NCBI GenBank assembly: GCA_964022345.1
Contig: CAXHZT010000003.1
Location: 45,365 to 109,364 of the forward strand
From: an uncultured Sphingorhabdus sp.
Lineage (GTDB): Bacteria > Pseudomonadota > Alphaproteobacteria > Sphingomonadales > Sphingomonadaceae
Reading direction: 5' to 3'
DNA length: 64,000 nucleotides
A program made the position numbers and the translations under genes. Below, piece after piece: positions 1 to 8,821 of this stretch. The notes under the pieces are model-generated. The model searched no databases, was not told where the DNA came from, and saw only the letters and a program-made list of their open reading frames with translations. Position 1 is the first letter of the stretch. Every line of letters starts with the position of its first letter.

Positions 1-13
1 GAAGGAACCCAGA

Positions 14-406
14 TTGGCCAGTGTCTATTATCCCGCCATTATCGAGCGCGCGACCGATGGTTTCGCCGTGTTCTTCCCCGACCTCCCCGGCTGTACCTCC
101 TTTGGCGCCACTGAGCAGGAGGCGGCGGAAAATGCGGAGGAAGCTCTGACCGGTCATCTGGTCGTGTCCGCCGAATATGGCGACACATTCGCCGCCCCCT
201 CTCCGCTCGACGCGATCCCGCATGATCCGGACATTGATGAAGCCGCGCGCATTTTGGTGCGGGGTGACCTGCCGGGCAAATCGATGCGGATCAATATCAC
301 GCTGGATGAAGGGCTGGTCGCCGCGATCGACAAGGTGGCGAAGAACCGGTCGGGATTTCTGGCGGACGCTGCAAGATCGGCGTTGCGGGAGAAACGATTA
401 GGGTGA
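14..406 (+). CDS. hicB: HicB-family antitoxin (HicB fold plus ribbon-helix-helix-like C-terminus)
   Basis: 130-aa ORF with a TTG start. The N-terminus YYPAIIE..DGFAVFFPDLPGCTSFGATEQEA is a typical HicB signature, and the C-terminal INITLDEGLVAAID is CopG/RHH-like. Any hicA partner would lie upstream of the window edge. Confidence 0.8.
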   Translation: MASVYYPAIIERATDGFAVFFPDLPGCTSFGATEQEAAENAEEALTGHLVVSAEYGDTFAAPSPLDAIPHDPDIDEAARILVRGDLPGKSMRINITLDEGLVAAIDKVAKNRSGFLADAARSALREKRLG

Positions 407-430
407 GGTTGTTCGCGCAAGGCCACCTCC

Positions 431-515
431 GTCGTCCCAGCGAAGGCTGGGACCTAAGCCAATCTATCGTGCGCAGAGGAAAAGCCGGTTAGGCGCCAGC
501 CTGCGCTGGGGCGAC
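431..515. repeat. REP/MITE-like element with 24-nt imperfect terminal inverted repeats, each arm itself a hairpin
   Basis: The left arm gtcgtcccagcgaaggctgggacc (431-454) matches the reverse complement of the right arm ggcgccagcctgcgctggggcgac (492-515) at 20/24 positions. The left arm contains a perfect 8-bp stem, gtcccagc-GAAG-gctgggac (434-453). Confidence 0.5.
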
Positions 516-612
516 AGGATGTTTCGGCAAAGGACGTCCCGATTTCAACTCTGGCTGATCTCTCCACCAAGCCGTCGATAATCGAAAGCGACCATCAAGT
601 TCGCCGACCGTA

Positions 613-1341
613 TTACAACCCCAAAACCCCATCCATCCCGTACTGCCCGGCACTCTGCCCGACCAGCCACCCAGCCGCCTTCACCGCACCGCGCGCAAAG
701 ATCATCCGGTTCTCCGCCCGGTGGGTCAGCTCGATCCGTTCCTCGTCGCTCGCCAGGATGACGGTATGATCGCCGGCGACCGATCCGCCGCGCAATGCGG
801 CAAAGCCTATCGCGCCCTTTGCGCGCGCGCCGGTGATGCCGTCGCGGCCGCTTTCGCTGTTGGTGGCCAGGTCGATGCCGCGGCCGCGCGCGGCGGCTTC
901 GCCCAATAGTTTCGCGGTGCCGCTGGGGGCGTCGACCTTGTGGCGGTGGTGCATTTCGACGATTTCGATATCCCAGTCATCGCCGAGCTTGCTCGCCGCC
1001 TGCTCGACCAGCGCGGCCAGCATATTGACGCCGAGCGAGGTGTTGCCGGTCTGCAGCACGGGGATTTTGGTCGCCGCCTCGTCGATCGCGGTGTGATGGA
1101 CGGCTTCCAGCCCGGTGGTGCCGATGACGATCGGTGTGTTTGCCGCGACGCAGGCATCGAGCGTCGCCTGCAGCGCCTTCGGCGATGAGAAATCGACCAG
1201 CACATCGCTTGCCGCGACCAGCGCCGCGACATCATCGCCCTGGTCCGCTCCGCCGGCGTGGCTGTGGCCCGCTTCCTCTATCGCCGCGACCAGCGCCTGT
1301 CCCATGCGGCCCTTGCTGCCGATAATTCCGATGGCTGTCAT
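613..1341 (-). CDS. dapB: 4-hydroxy-tetrahydrodipicolinate reductase
   Basis: MTAIGIIGSKGRMGQ NAD-binding N-terminus and the EIVEMHHRHKVDAPSGTA DapB core motif. The start was moved to the ATG at 1341 (M14 of the track ORF) because the extension runs into a repeat element. Confidence 0.95.
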   Translation of the reverse strand: MTAIGIIGSKGRMGQALVAAIEEAGHSHAGGADQGDDVAALVAASDVLVDFSSPKALQATLDACVAANTPIVIGTTGLEAVHHTAIDEAATKIPVLQTGNTSLGVNMLAALVEQAASKLGDDWDIEIVEMHHRHKVDAPSGTAKLLGEAAARGRGIDLATNSESGRDGITGARAKGAIGFAALRGGSVAGDHTVILASDEERIELTHRAENRMIFARGAVKAAGWLVGQSAGQYGMDGVLGL

Positions 1342-1374
1342 TATGCTTGTTCCCGTTCGTCCTGAGCGCGATCT

Positions 1375-1462
1375 CGTCATCCTGAACTTGTTTCAGGATC
1401 CACTTATCCTCTAAGCAGTTTCTATGAGACGAAATGGATGCTGAAACAAGTTCGGCATGACG
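1375..1462. repeat. REP/MITE-like element with 27-nt terminal inverted repeats and nested hairpins
   Basis: cgtcatcctgaacttgtttcaggatcc (1375-1401) matches the reverse complement of ggatgctgaaacaagttcggcatgacg (1436-1462) at 24/27 positions. Each arm is self-complementary (cctgaa-cttgt-ttcagg). It lies in the dapB/cobB divergent intergenic region. Confidence 0.5.
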
Positions 1463-2191
1463 AAGAAAGGCAATATGCTAAACCCAATCAACAATATCGT
1501 CATCCTCACCGGCGCTGGCGTCAGCGCCGAGAGCGGGGTCGCCACCTTTCGCGGGCCGGATGGGCTGTGGGAGGGGCAGCGGGTCGAGGATGTCGCGACG
1601 CCCGAGGCCTTTGTCCGCGATCCAGAGCTGGTGCAGAAATTCTACGACGAGCGCCGCGCCAAGCTGAAGACGGTGCAGCCCAACGCCGCGCATAAGGCGC
1701 TGGCGAAGCTGGACAAGACATGGGCGGGGGAACTGCTGCTGGTCACGCAAAATGTCGATGACCTGCACGACCGCGCCGGATCGAAGCGGCTGCTGCATAT
1801 GCACGGCGAGCTGAACAGCGCCTGGTGTCTGGCCTGCGACGCACGCTCGCCGTTCGACGGGGTGATGGCCGCCGGCCCGCCCTGTCCCGCATGCGGCCAG
1901 CGCGGCAGTCTGCGCCCGGACATCGTCTGGTTCGGCGAAATGCCCTATCAGATGGAGCGGATCGAAGCGGCGCTCGCCCAGTGCGACCTGTTCGTCTCGA
2001 TCGGCACATCCGGCGCGGTCTATCCGGCGGCCGGCTTTGTCCAGACCGCCCGCTATCACGGCGCCCGCACGCTGGAGATGAATCTCGACCCGTCGGAGGG
2101 CAGCTTCCATTTCCACGAAAGCCGGATGGGCAAGGCGGGCGCGCTGGTGCCCGACTGGGTCGAGCAGGTCCTCTCGCACGGCCTGTGCTGA
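1457..2191 (+). CDS. cobB: NAD-dependent protein deacylase, Sir2 family
   Basis: ILTGAGVSAESGVATFRGPDGLW Sir2 motif and a Zn-ribbon CxxC..CPAC. The true start may be the ATG at 1475 (MLNPINNIV), since 1457 lies inside the repeat arm. Confidence 0.9.
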   Translation: MTKKGNMLNPINNIVILTGAGVSAESGVATFRGPDGLWEGQRVEDVATPEAFVRDPELVQKFYDERRAKLKTVQPNAAHKALAKLDKTWAGELLLVTQNVDDLHDRAGSKRLLHMHGELNSAWCLACDARSPFDGVMAAGPPCPACGQRGSLRPDIVWFGEMPYQMERIEAALAQCDLFVSIGTSGAVYPAAGFVQTARYHGARTLEMNLDPSEGSFHFHESRMGKAGALVPDWVEQVLSHGLC

Positions 2192-2213
2192 GCTTATAGG
2201 CCGGGCGCAGGGC

Positions 2214-2618
2214 CTATATATGCATCGTCACGAACAGGAAGACGATCCACAATGCCAGCGCCACTGTCGTCAGCCAGGTGGCCAGCACGCCCAGTTGCCG
2301 AAAGCGCGGGGAGCCGCCCTTGTGATGCTGTGCCATGCCGACGATATGGGCGACCCGGCCGATCAGGAAGACCGCCGCAATGACGGTGAGGCCTATATGA
2401 TTGGCGTTGGCGAGCTCCAGAATAGCCAGCATGATCAGGAAGATCGGGGCATGTTCCGACAGATTGGCATGGGTGCGGCGCGCGGCCAGAAGATCGGGGT
2501 TGTCGCCATCGCCAAAGCCGATCTGGCTGGCGATGCGGACCTTGACCGTCGCATATGCGCAATAGATCAGCAGCAAGGCGCAAATCGCGGCGGCGAGTCC
2601 GGTTACCGGTAATGTCAT
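2214..2618 (-). CDS. MAPEG family membrane protein
   Basis: 134 aa with four hydrophobic segments. RRTHANLSEH..P and GRVAHIVGM motifs are typical of MAPEG. A paralog lies at 36023-36415. Confidence 0.8.
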   Translation of the reverse strand: MTLPVTGLAAAICALLLIYCAYATVKVRIASQIGFGDGDNPDLLAARRTHANLSEHAPIFLIMLAILELANANHIGLTVIAAVFLIGRVAHIVGMAQHHKGGSPRFRQLGVLATWLTTVALALWIVFLFVTMHI

Positions 2619-3778
2619 GATTTTCCTCCCTGTTTTTTTCCTGTCCTAGCCGATTCCGGCCAAAGCGCAAATTGCGTCAGAAGGGATGCTGGCGATCCGC
2701 CTCAATGTTTTCGCATGGCGGATCAGAATCGGGGGTGAAAATGATCGACTCGGGGTCCTGAAATCGTCGCGACTCGGCCTCCGATTCCGCTGCCATCCTA
2801 TTGGAGTTAACCAATAATATTAACGGAAATTGTATAAATCCGACATTTCGTTAACAATATCGCTGGCCCGTTTTTGGACAGAATAGGACCTGCGGTCCGG
2901 CTTTCAGCATTGATTCATAACAGAATTTTGTTTGATTGGCCAAGTCCAGAATAAATCAAGCGTTTTGAATCACTTGCAAATCTATTTAATTTATGGATGA
3001 TGATGGGACGCCGGCTTGATGGGGTTGTTAACTAGTTTGACAATAAGCCGCAGGTTATTCGTCAGTACTTTTTGTGCCGATGACAGTAGTTTGAACAGGG
3101 TCGCAAGTTTAGGGGACGCATGCTGAAAATGCATGCTGAGGAGACTTGTTATGGTAAGCGACGTTTCTCGTCAGCTTCATGAAACAGAAGCTGCCGCACA
3201 TTGCCAGGGCATTGGGGCCGCAAATGTGTTTGCCGGGAATCTGCCCGGGTTTCAGATAAAGATTTCGACCAGTGAGAAAATGTGCCTGCCCGGCGCAGCT
3301 GTCAGGCTGCGTCAGTCAAACCTGCCATGCAGGTTCGGATTTAGAAAGGGGAGCCCATTCAATCGGCAAACACGATAGCGCGACCCGCTCGATGTGAATG
3401 CCCGCGTATTTTGCGCATGAAAGGATAAGAGAAGAAATTTGAAGAGTTTTTTGGAAGCCGGGTGACCGCGTTTCCAAGAAAAGGGGGCCCACCAGCGACC
3501 ATGATTGGTGTCAAATCGCTGGCAGGCCGAACGGACAGGTTCACGGGAACACTGCCCGAACTGTGAGACAAGCTCACCCTACTAGATTTAGCAGGGTGGC
3601 CTCGATTAGGCAACGATTGTTGCCCTGATTTGCGGCAGAATGCCTTTCTCCAGCTTCCAAATTCCCGTCGGCAGCATTCGAGGCCGGTCGATGCTGCCGT
3701 AATTTCCGGCCGTTGAGAGCGATTTCCATACCGGAAATCGCATAATCGGGGGTGTTCCCCATAAAACGGAGAATTGAA

Positions 3779-4306
3779 ATGAAAAATCTTGTCAAACTAG
3801 CAGCAGCAGTCGCCGTACCAGCACTGATGATCGCTTCACCTGCCGCCGCGCAGGACAGCGAATCCTTTGTCATCGGCCTGTCCGGTTCGGTTGACAGCAA
3901 CTGTGAACTGATCCCTGAAGGCAGCGGATCTCTTGCAGTGGACATGCTGAACACTGGCAACCAGGGTTCGCTGACCATCGTGTACAGCTGCAACTCGCCT
4001 TATACCGTTTCGCTGGAATCGGCCAATGGCGGAATGGAGCACCAGGAAAGCGGCGGCGCTGTAAACATCGACTATGATGTTGAAGCCAGCTGGTTGGGTA
4101 CGGGCCTTGCCGCTACGTCGACAAACTCGGCGTCCATGCAGGGTACTCCGGTTGTTATCGTGACCGAAAATGACTGGGCCAACATCCTGACCAACGGTGG
4201 CACCCGTTCCGGCAATCTCGATCTGAGCTTCGACAGCCTCAGCGAATATGCTGTTGCCGGCACCTATGAGGACGAACTGACCATCACGCTCGCAGCAAAC
4301 TACTGA
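3779..4306 (+). CDS. Secreted fimbrial subunit, spore-coat-U (SCPU)/Csu-type pilin-like
   Basis: Signal peptide MKNLVKLAAAVAVPALMIASPAAAQ, a Cys pair (NCEL..YSCN) and the C-terminal AGTYEDELTITLAANY beta-strand motif typical of SCPU pilins. SD GGAGA lies 7 nt upstream of the ATG at 3779. First gene of a chaperone-usher operon. Confidence 0.7.
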   Translation: MKNLVKLAAAVAVPALMIASPAAAQDSESFVIGLSGSVDSNCELIPEGSGSLAVDMLNTGNQGSLTIVYSCNSPYTVSLESANGGMEHQESGGAVNIDYDVEASWLGTGLAATSTNSASMQGTPVVIVTENDWANILTNGGTRSGNLDLSFDSLSEYAVAGTYEDELTITLAANY

Positions 4307-4390
4307 TGGATTTGTTCTAAATAAGATCAAGTGGCCGGCGCGCAGTTGGCATTCCGGCCACTTGTTTTACTTTCGGTGGAGGAAATATAG

Positions 4391-5155
4391 ATGTTGAATT
4401 TTCTAAAGTGCGCCTCTCTTTTTTTGCTGGCAGCGACGCTTGTCGCGCTGACACCCGCCTTTAGTTATGACATGAAGCCGATTGTTATTCAGCTTGCGCC
4501 AAGCGGCGCTGGAGCTACCCAATCAGTGGTGTTGACCAATACGCATGACGTTCCGATCGCGATCGAAGTGCGTGCCTATACCCGCGCCCAAAACCCGGAT
4601 GGAACAGAAAACCGCACGCCGGAAGATGATAACCTGATCATTACACCGCCGCAAATGGTGATTGCCCCCAAGGCCAGCCAGAGTTTCAAGGTCCGCTGGA
4701 TCGGCGACCCCGCACCGGACAAGGAACTGGCCTTCCGTCTGGTTTCAAGCCAGCTGCCTATCAAGTTCAGAGACGAGAAAAAAGGCGACGTTTCTGTCAA
4801 TGTCACCATGAACTATCGCTACGAAGCCGCGCTTTATGTGGTTCCCCCTCAATCCAAACCCTCAGCCCGCCTTACCGGCATTGCGCCAGTGAAGGATGAG
4901 AACGGACAGACGTGGCTGGAAGTAAAAATCCTGAGCGACGGAACGCGCCGCGCCATCCTCGACAACCCGATCCTCGTGGTGCGCCCGCAAAATGGCGGCA
5001 CGCCGGTCACCCTGGAGGGAGAGCAATTGGCGGAACTGGCAAATCAGAATATTCTGGTCGGCAGCGAAAGAGTGATCCGTCTGCCATGGCCAGACGGGAT
5101 GGCTCCGGGTCCGGTCGAAGGCGAGCTGCGCACCGAATATACAGTCTTTAACTAG
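4391..5155 (+). CDS. Periplasmic fimbrial chaperone (PapD-like)
   Basis: 254 aa with a signal peptide. The two-domain Ig-like pattern (IVIQLAP..SQSFKVRW; AFRLVSSQLP) and its position between the pilin and usher genes support the call. GGAGG SD. Confidence 0.85.
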   Translation: MLNFLKCASLFLLAATLVALTPAFSYDMKPIVIQLAPSGAGATQSVVLTNTHDVPIAIEVRAYTRAQNPDGTENRTPEDDNLIITPPQMVIAPKASQSFKVRWIGDPAPDKELAFRLVSSQLPIKFRDEKKGDVSVNVTMNYRYEAALYVVPPQSKPSARLTGIAPVKDENGQTWLEVKILSDGTRRAILDNPILVVRPQNGGTPVTLEGEQLAELANQNILVGSERVIRLPWPDGMAPGPVEGELRTEYTVFN

Positions 5156-5170
5156 ATCGTATCCAGCGAC

Positions 5171-7825
5171 ATGAGTACTCTATTTCACACCAGCGCATCC
5201 TGCCTAGCGCTAGCCGCTGCAGTATTTGCGGGCAGCGAAGCGAAAGCCGCGGTGCCGGTCGGTGATAGCGAGGATAGTGCGGTGCTCGCTGAAGAGCTGC
5301 CGGCAAGCCCGCCGGAAAGCGCGGCAGACCAGCCCGAAAGCCCGCCGGAAGTCTCGGCTGAACAGCCGGCAAGCCAGCCCGAAGGCTCGATCGACGATAT
5401 TTTCAAACAGGTTTTTGGCAAGGAACGGCCCGCACTTGGCCCGGACGACTATGCGGTCCTGGTCGAGGGCATCAACGTCGGGGAATATCTGGTGACACCG
5501 GACAAGGACGGCAATTCCGGATCTGTCGAAGCAAATTTCGTCACAACCATACTTGCCTCGATGATCGTCGAGGATAGTATTGCCTCGCTGAAATCCGTGG
5601 CAAGCGGCAGGGACAGCGTAACATTTGATCAACTGCGCGAACTGGGATTGCAGGTCGAATTTGATGCCGCCCAACTGGTTTTGCGGATTGAAGTGCCTGC
5701 CGAGATTCGCACCATCAGAAATCTGAACTTGCGGTCTTTGCGGAACCGGTCCGATATCGAACTGGTCGATCAGAGCGATTTCTCGGCTTATGCCTCGCTA
5801 CGAGCGGGAACCACAATCGTCGAAGATGCCCGAGATGCAGATACCGGCCTTACACGCTTTGTCGCAGACATGGATCTGGCAGTGAACGTCCACGGTATCG
5901 CCGCCGAGGTGGAATTGCGCTATGATGACAGTCGCGACAAGAAATTCTCGCGTGGCGACGCCCGGCTCACATATGATGATCGGGACAGTCTGATCCGTTA
6001 CGAAGTCGGAGATCTCAGCGTCGGTCGCAGGCCCTTTCAGGATGCGCCGCGCATTGCCGGGATATCGGCCTTCAGAAATTACGATATCAACCCCTATCTC
6101 AATATTCGTCCATCGCCGGAGCAGGCTTTCGAACTCGACCGGCCGGCACGGGTTGAAGTCCTGCTCAATGGCACGCCGGTCAGAACATATGATTTGCGCA
6201 GCGGGCGCTATAATCTGAAGGATTTTCCGCTCGTACCGTCAGCCGGAAACGATATCGAGTTGCGCATCACCTATGCCAGCGGAGAAACGGAACTGCGTTC
6301 CTATCCTGCATTTTACGATCTCGAACTTTTGGCCCCCGGCCTGGTCGATTTTGCAGGGAATATCGGATTGCCCTACCGGGATGAAAATGGGAACCGGACC
6401 TATGACGACGACAATTATAACGGGACCGCCTATCTGCGCTACGGTTTGTCGACCGCGCTCACCGTTGGCGTGAACTGGGAGGGGGACCGGTATTTTGATC
6501 TGCTCGGTGCAGAGATGGTCTGGGCCTCCCCGATCGGTACTTTCGGACTGAGCTCTTCCACCAATATTCGCGATCCCAAGCCTGAAAACAGTCAGCTATC
6601 GTTCCAATATCGTTGGCGGGATGCGGATATTGCGCGCGACCGGTCTGTCGATGCATCGATCATCCTGACCGGGAAAAATTACCGGACGTTGAACCAGATT
6701 TTTGCCGGATCGTTCATATCGAAACAGGCCCGGTTTCGGGTGGGGCAGAAAACCTCGCCCGACGGCCGGTTACAATTGTTCGGCGGCTATGACGAATATC
6801 GCAACGGGCAACGGGACAGCTATTATGCCGGTGCCAACTATTCTCATCAGCTTGCTTTTGGTTCGATTTCGGCAAGCGCCGAATATCGCAGGAGCGACGA
6901 AGGCACTGGTCCTGTGTTCAGGCTGGCCCTGTCCATTCCGCTGGGCCGGTCCTCTTTGACCTCTTCCTATACGACGGAGGATAATGCAGCGCGCGTCGAG
7001 TATAATCGTCTGGCGTCGGTCGGGGCGAACAGCTTCGGATTCAGCGCCGGTGCCGAACGCCGCGATGGCTCCGATCGGCAATTCGGACGGGCGTCCTATG
7101 TCGGCAACCGGTTTGAAGCGGCCGTGCAGCAAACGGCCCGCAATTATTTCAGCGAGCGCGACCGGGACCTGCGCACCGAAGTAACCTTCGGATCGGCTTT
7201 GGTTATGGCGGACGGGCAGTTCGCGATCAGCCGCCCCGTCCGCAACAGCTTTGCCATTTTCAAGGCCAACGAGAAGGCCGGGGATTACCAGATCGCAGTC
7301 GAACCCAGAACCGGATTTGGTTCAAGCAATACGAATTATTCGGCCTATAGTGGCGCGCTTGGCCCCGCGGTTGTGACCACCATAACCCCCTATTTCAACC
7401 GGTCCCTGCAGGTCGATGCGCCTGATGCACCCGCCGGCACCTCTTTGGGCGGCCAGATATATGCGCTCAACCCGGGATATCGGAGCGGCTATAATATCGA
7501 GGTCGGTAACGCCCGGAATGTTTCTCTGGTGGGCAATATGGTGGACCGGGATGGTGATCCGCTGGTTTATGTTACCGGCATGGCCAGAGATGCATCGATG
7601 CCTGGTGAAAATGCCGAAGTGACCCAAATTTTCACCAACGCCAAAGGCCGCTTTTTCCTTGAGGGTGTCGAAGCCGGCCGGACCTATGATATAACGGTTA
7701 CGACCGATGGACAAACCGCGACCGAAGCTGTGGTGATCCCCGAAGGTGTCAGCGGCATTTACGAACTGAAGGCCCTATTGGCCTATGATCTGGATTTTGA
7801 AGCGGAGGGAGAGGATGATGACTAA
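5171..7825 (+). CDS. Outer-membrane fimbrial usher protein
   Basis: 884 aa with a signal peptide and beta-barrel-like alternating sequence rich in Y/G/R/D. The size and operon position are those of an usher. The N-terminus carries an unusual P/E/S-rich tandem repeat. Confidence 0.85.
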   Translation: MSTLFHTSASCLALAAAVFAGSEAKAAVPVGDSEDSAVLAEELPASPPESAADQPESPPEVSAEQPASQPEGSIDDIFKQVFGKERPALGPDDYAVLVEGINVGEYLVTPDKDGNSGSVEANFVTTILASMIVEDSIASLKSVASGRDSVTFDQLRELGLQVEFDAAQLVLRIEVPAEIRTIRNLNLRSLRNRSDIELVDQSDFSAYASLRAGTTIVEDARDADTGLTRFVADMDLAVNVHGIAAEVELRYDDSRDKKFSRGDARLTYDDRDSLIRYEVGDLSVGRRPFQDAPRIAGISAFRNYDINPYLNIRPSPEQAFELDRPARVEVLLNGTPVRTYDLRSGRYNLKDFPLVPSAGNDIELRITYASGETELRSYPAFYDLELLAPGLVDFAGNIGLPYRDENGNRTYDDDNYNGTAYLRYGLSTALTVGVNWEGDRYFDLLGAEMVWASPIGTFGLSSSTNIRDPKPENSQLSFQYRWRDADIARDRSVDASIILTGKNYRTLNQIFAGSFISKQARFRVGQKTSPDGRLQLFGGYDEYRNGQRDSYYAGANYSHQLAFGSISASAEYRRSDEGTGPVFRLALSIPLGRSSLTSSYTTEDNAARVEYNRLASVGANSFGFSAGAERRDGSDRQFGRASYVGNRFEAAVQQTARNYFSERDRDLRTEVTFGSALVMADGQFAISRPVRNSFAIFKANEKAGDYQIAVEPRTGFGSSNTNYSAYSGALGPAVVTTITPYFNRSLQVDAPDAPAGTSLGGQIYALNPGYRSGYNIEVGNARNVSLVGNMVDRDGDPLVYVTGMARDASMPGENAEVTQIFTNAKGRFFLEGVEAGRTYDITVTTDGQTATEAVVIPEGVSGIYELKALLAYDLDFEAEGEDDD
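5300..5389 (+). repeat. Imperfect 33-bp tandem repeat (about 2.7 copies) inside the usher gene
   Basis: Units at 5300-5332, 5333-5365 and 5366-5389 share agcccgccggaa cores. They encode PASPPESAADQ / PESPPEVSAEQ / PASQPEGS. Confidence 0.6.
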
Positions 7826-8768
7826 TCTACATTTGAAACGTTTCACCTATTTGGCCGGAGCCAGTCTGTTGTTCCACAGCACGACCGGATTTGCGCAAGA
7901 TGACGCGCTGAGCGCCAACGAACCATGCGCGCTTGAGCTGTCCGTGGATAATAGTGTCGACTGGCGGGGGCTCTACGGCCGCGGATACGAGGTGTTCGAG
8001 GATGGCGAGTCGTTCGAGACGGTCACCATATCGGTCCGCCATCGCGGCGCAGCTTGCCCGTTCATTCTGACGGCGGCGCCGGTATCCGGTGGTGGTGTCA
8101 ATGCCCTAACCGGTCCGGGCGATCCGCTCTATTATGATCTGCTCAAAACGTCGAGTGGCCCGTCCTTCCTGAGCACCGACTTTCAGGGCACGGAAACATC
8201 GCGCATCAGCGGCCAGTTTTCCGAGGGCGGAGGTGTTCAGGCCGCAACCTTGTTTGTTTCGATCCCGTCCCGCCAGATCGTGCGCGGCGGAACATATAGC
8301 GGGCAGGTTATGATCCGGCTGTTCCGGGCTGACGATGGTATTCAGGATCTGGTAGCGGAAGCGCCGCTGGCAATCCTGGCTCCGGTCGCGTCGGTCCTGA
8401 AAATCCGGTCAGACAATTTTCCGCAAGATGTTCGGGAAACGTCCATCGACCTGGGCGATCTGTCCCGCGCCACCCGGACCGCGGTTGATTTCAATATCAT
8501 GAGCAATGCGGATGTGTCCGTCACGTTCCAGTCTGCCAATCGCGGCAAGCTGGCGCATCATGCCGGCGCACCGGGCATTGCCTATAATCTGGTGTTCAAG
8601 GGTGAGAATATCGACCTGTCTTCTGCGGCGTCGTCGAGCCGGCTTAACTACGGTTCCAGCCGGACAGAGCGGGCCGTGCCATTGGAAATAACGGTGGCTG
8701 CCCCCGTCGGATTGCCCGCTGCGGGCGAATATACCGACGCGCTGACGGTGACGTTCACGGCCGAATAG
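7815..8768 (+). CDS. Secreted two-domain SCPU-like protein, putative pilus tip adhesin (CsuE-like position)
   Basis: Signal peptide MMTNLHLKRFTYLAGASLLFHSTTGFAQ. It has two SCPU-like halves, each ending in a G.Y.(D/G)..(T/M)(V/I) motif (GGTYSGQVMIRL; AGEYTDALTVTFTAE). The ATG at 7815 overlaps the usher stop and is preceded by GGAGGGAGAGG. Confidence 0.65.
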   Translation: MMTNLHLKRFTYLAGASLLFHSTTGFAQDDALSANEPCALELSVDNSVDWRGLYGRGYEVFEDGESFETVTISVRHRGAACPFILTAAPVSGGGVNALTGPGDPLYYDLLKTSSGPSFLSTDFQGTETSRISGQFSEGGGVQAATLFVSIPSRQIVRGGTYSGQVMIRLFRADDGIQDLVAEAPLAILAPVASVLKIRSDNFPQDVRETSIDLGDLSRATRTAVDFNIMSNADVSVTFQSANRGKLAHHAGAPGIAYNLVFKGENIDLSSAASSSRLNYGSSRTERAVPLEITVAAPVGLPAAGEYTDALTVTFTAE

Positions 8769-8821
8769 ATGGTTGATCGGCTGTCTTCTGTGGAGACAAG
8801 CCGCCTGTCCCGTCGCACCGG

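Noticed and set aside
2800-3100. A fim-like invertible promoter switch for the pilus operon.
   Set aside because: No site-specific recombinase gene is present nearby. I found only short hairpin-type repeats, not a pair of inverted repeats bracketing a promoter segment of about 300 bp.
3360-3420. A possible c-di-GMP (GEMM) riboswitch upstream of the pilus operon, prompted by a GGCAAAC heptamer at 3365-3371.
   Set aside because: Only that short fragment matches. I could not find the paired ACGCAAAGC-type second half or the P1/P2 architecture. A covariance-model search is needed before any class can be named.
3133-3613. The 81-aa (+) and 84-aa (-) ORFs inside the pilus leader region.
   Set aside because: They have no SD and no family-like motifs. 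Their composition is atypical of coding sequence, and they overlap each other. They are better explained as chance ORFs in a non-coding leader.
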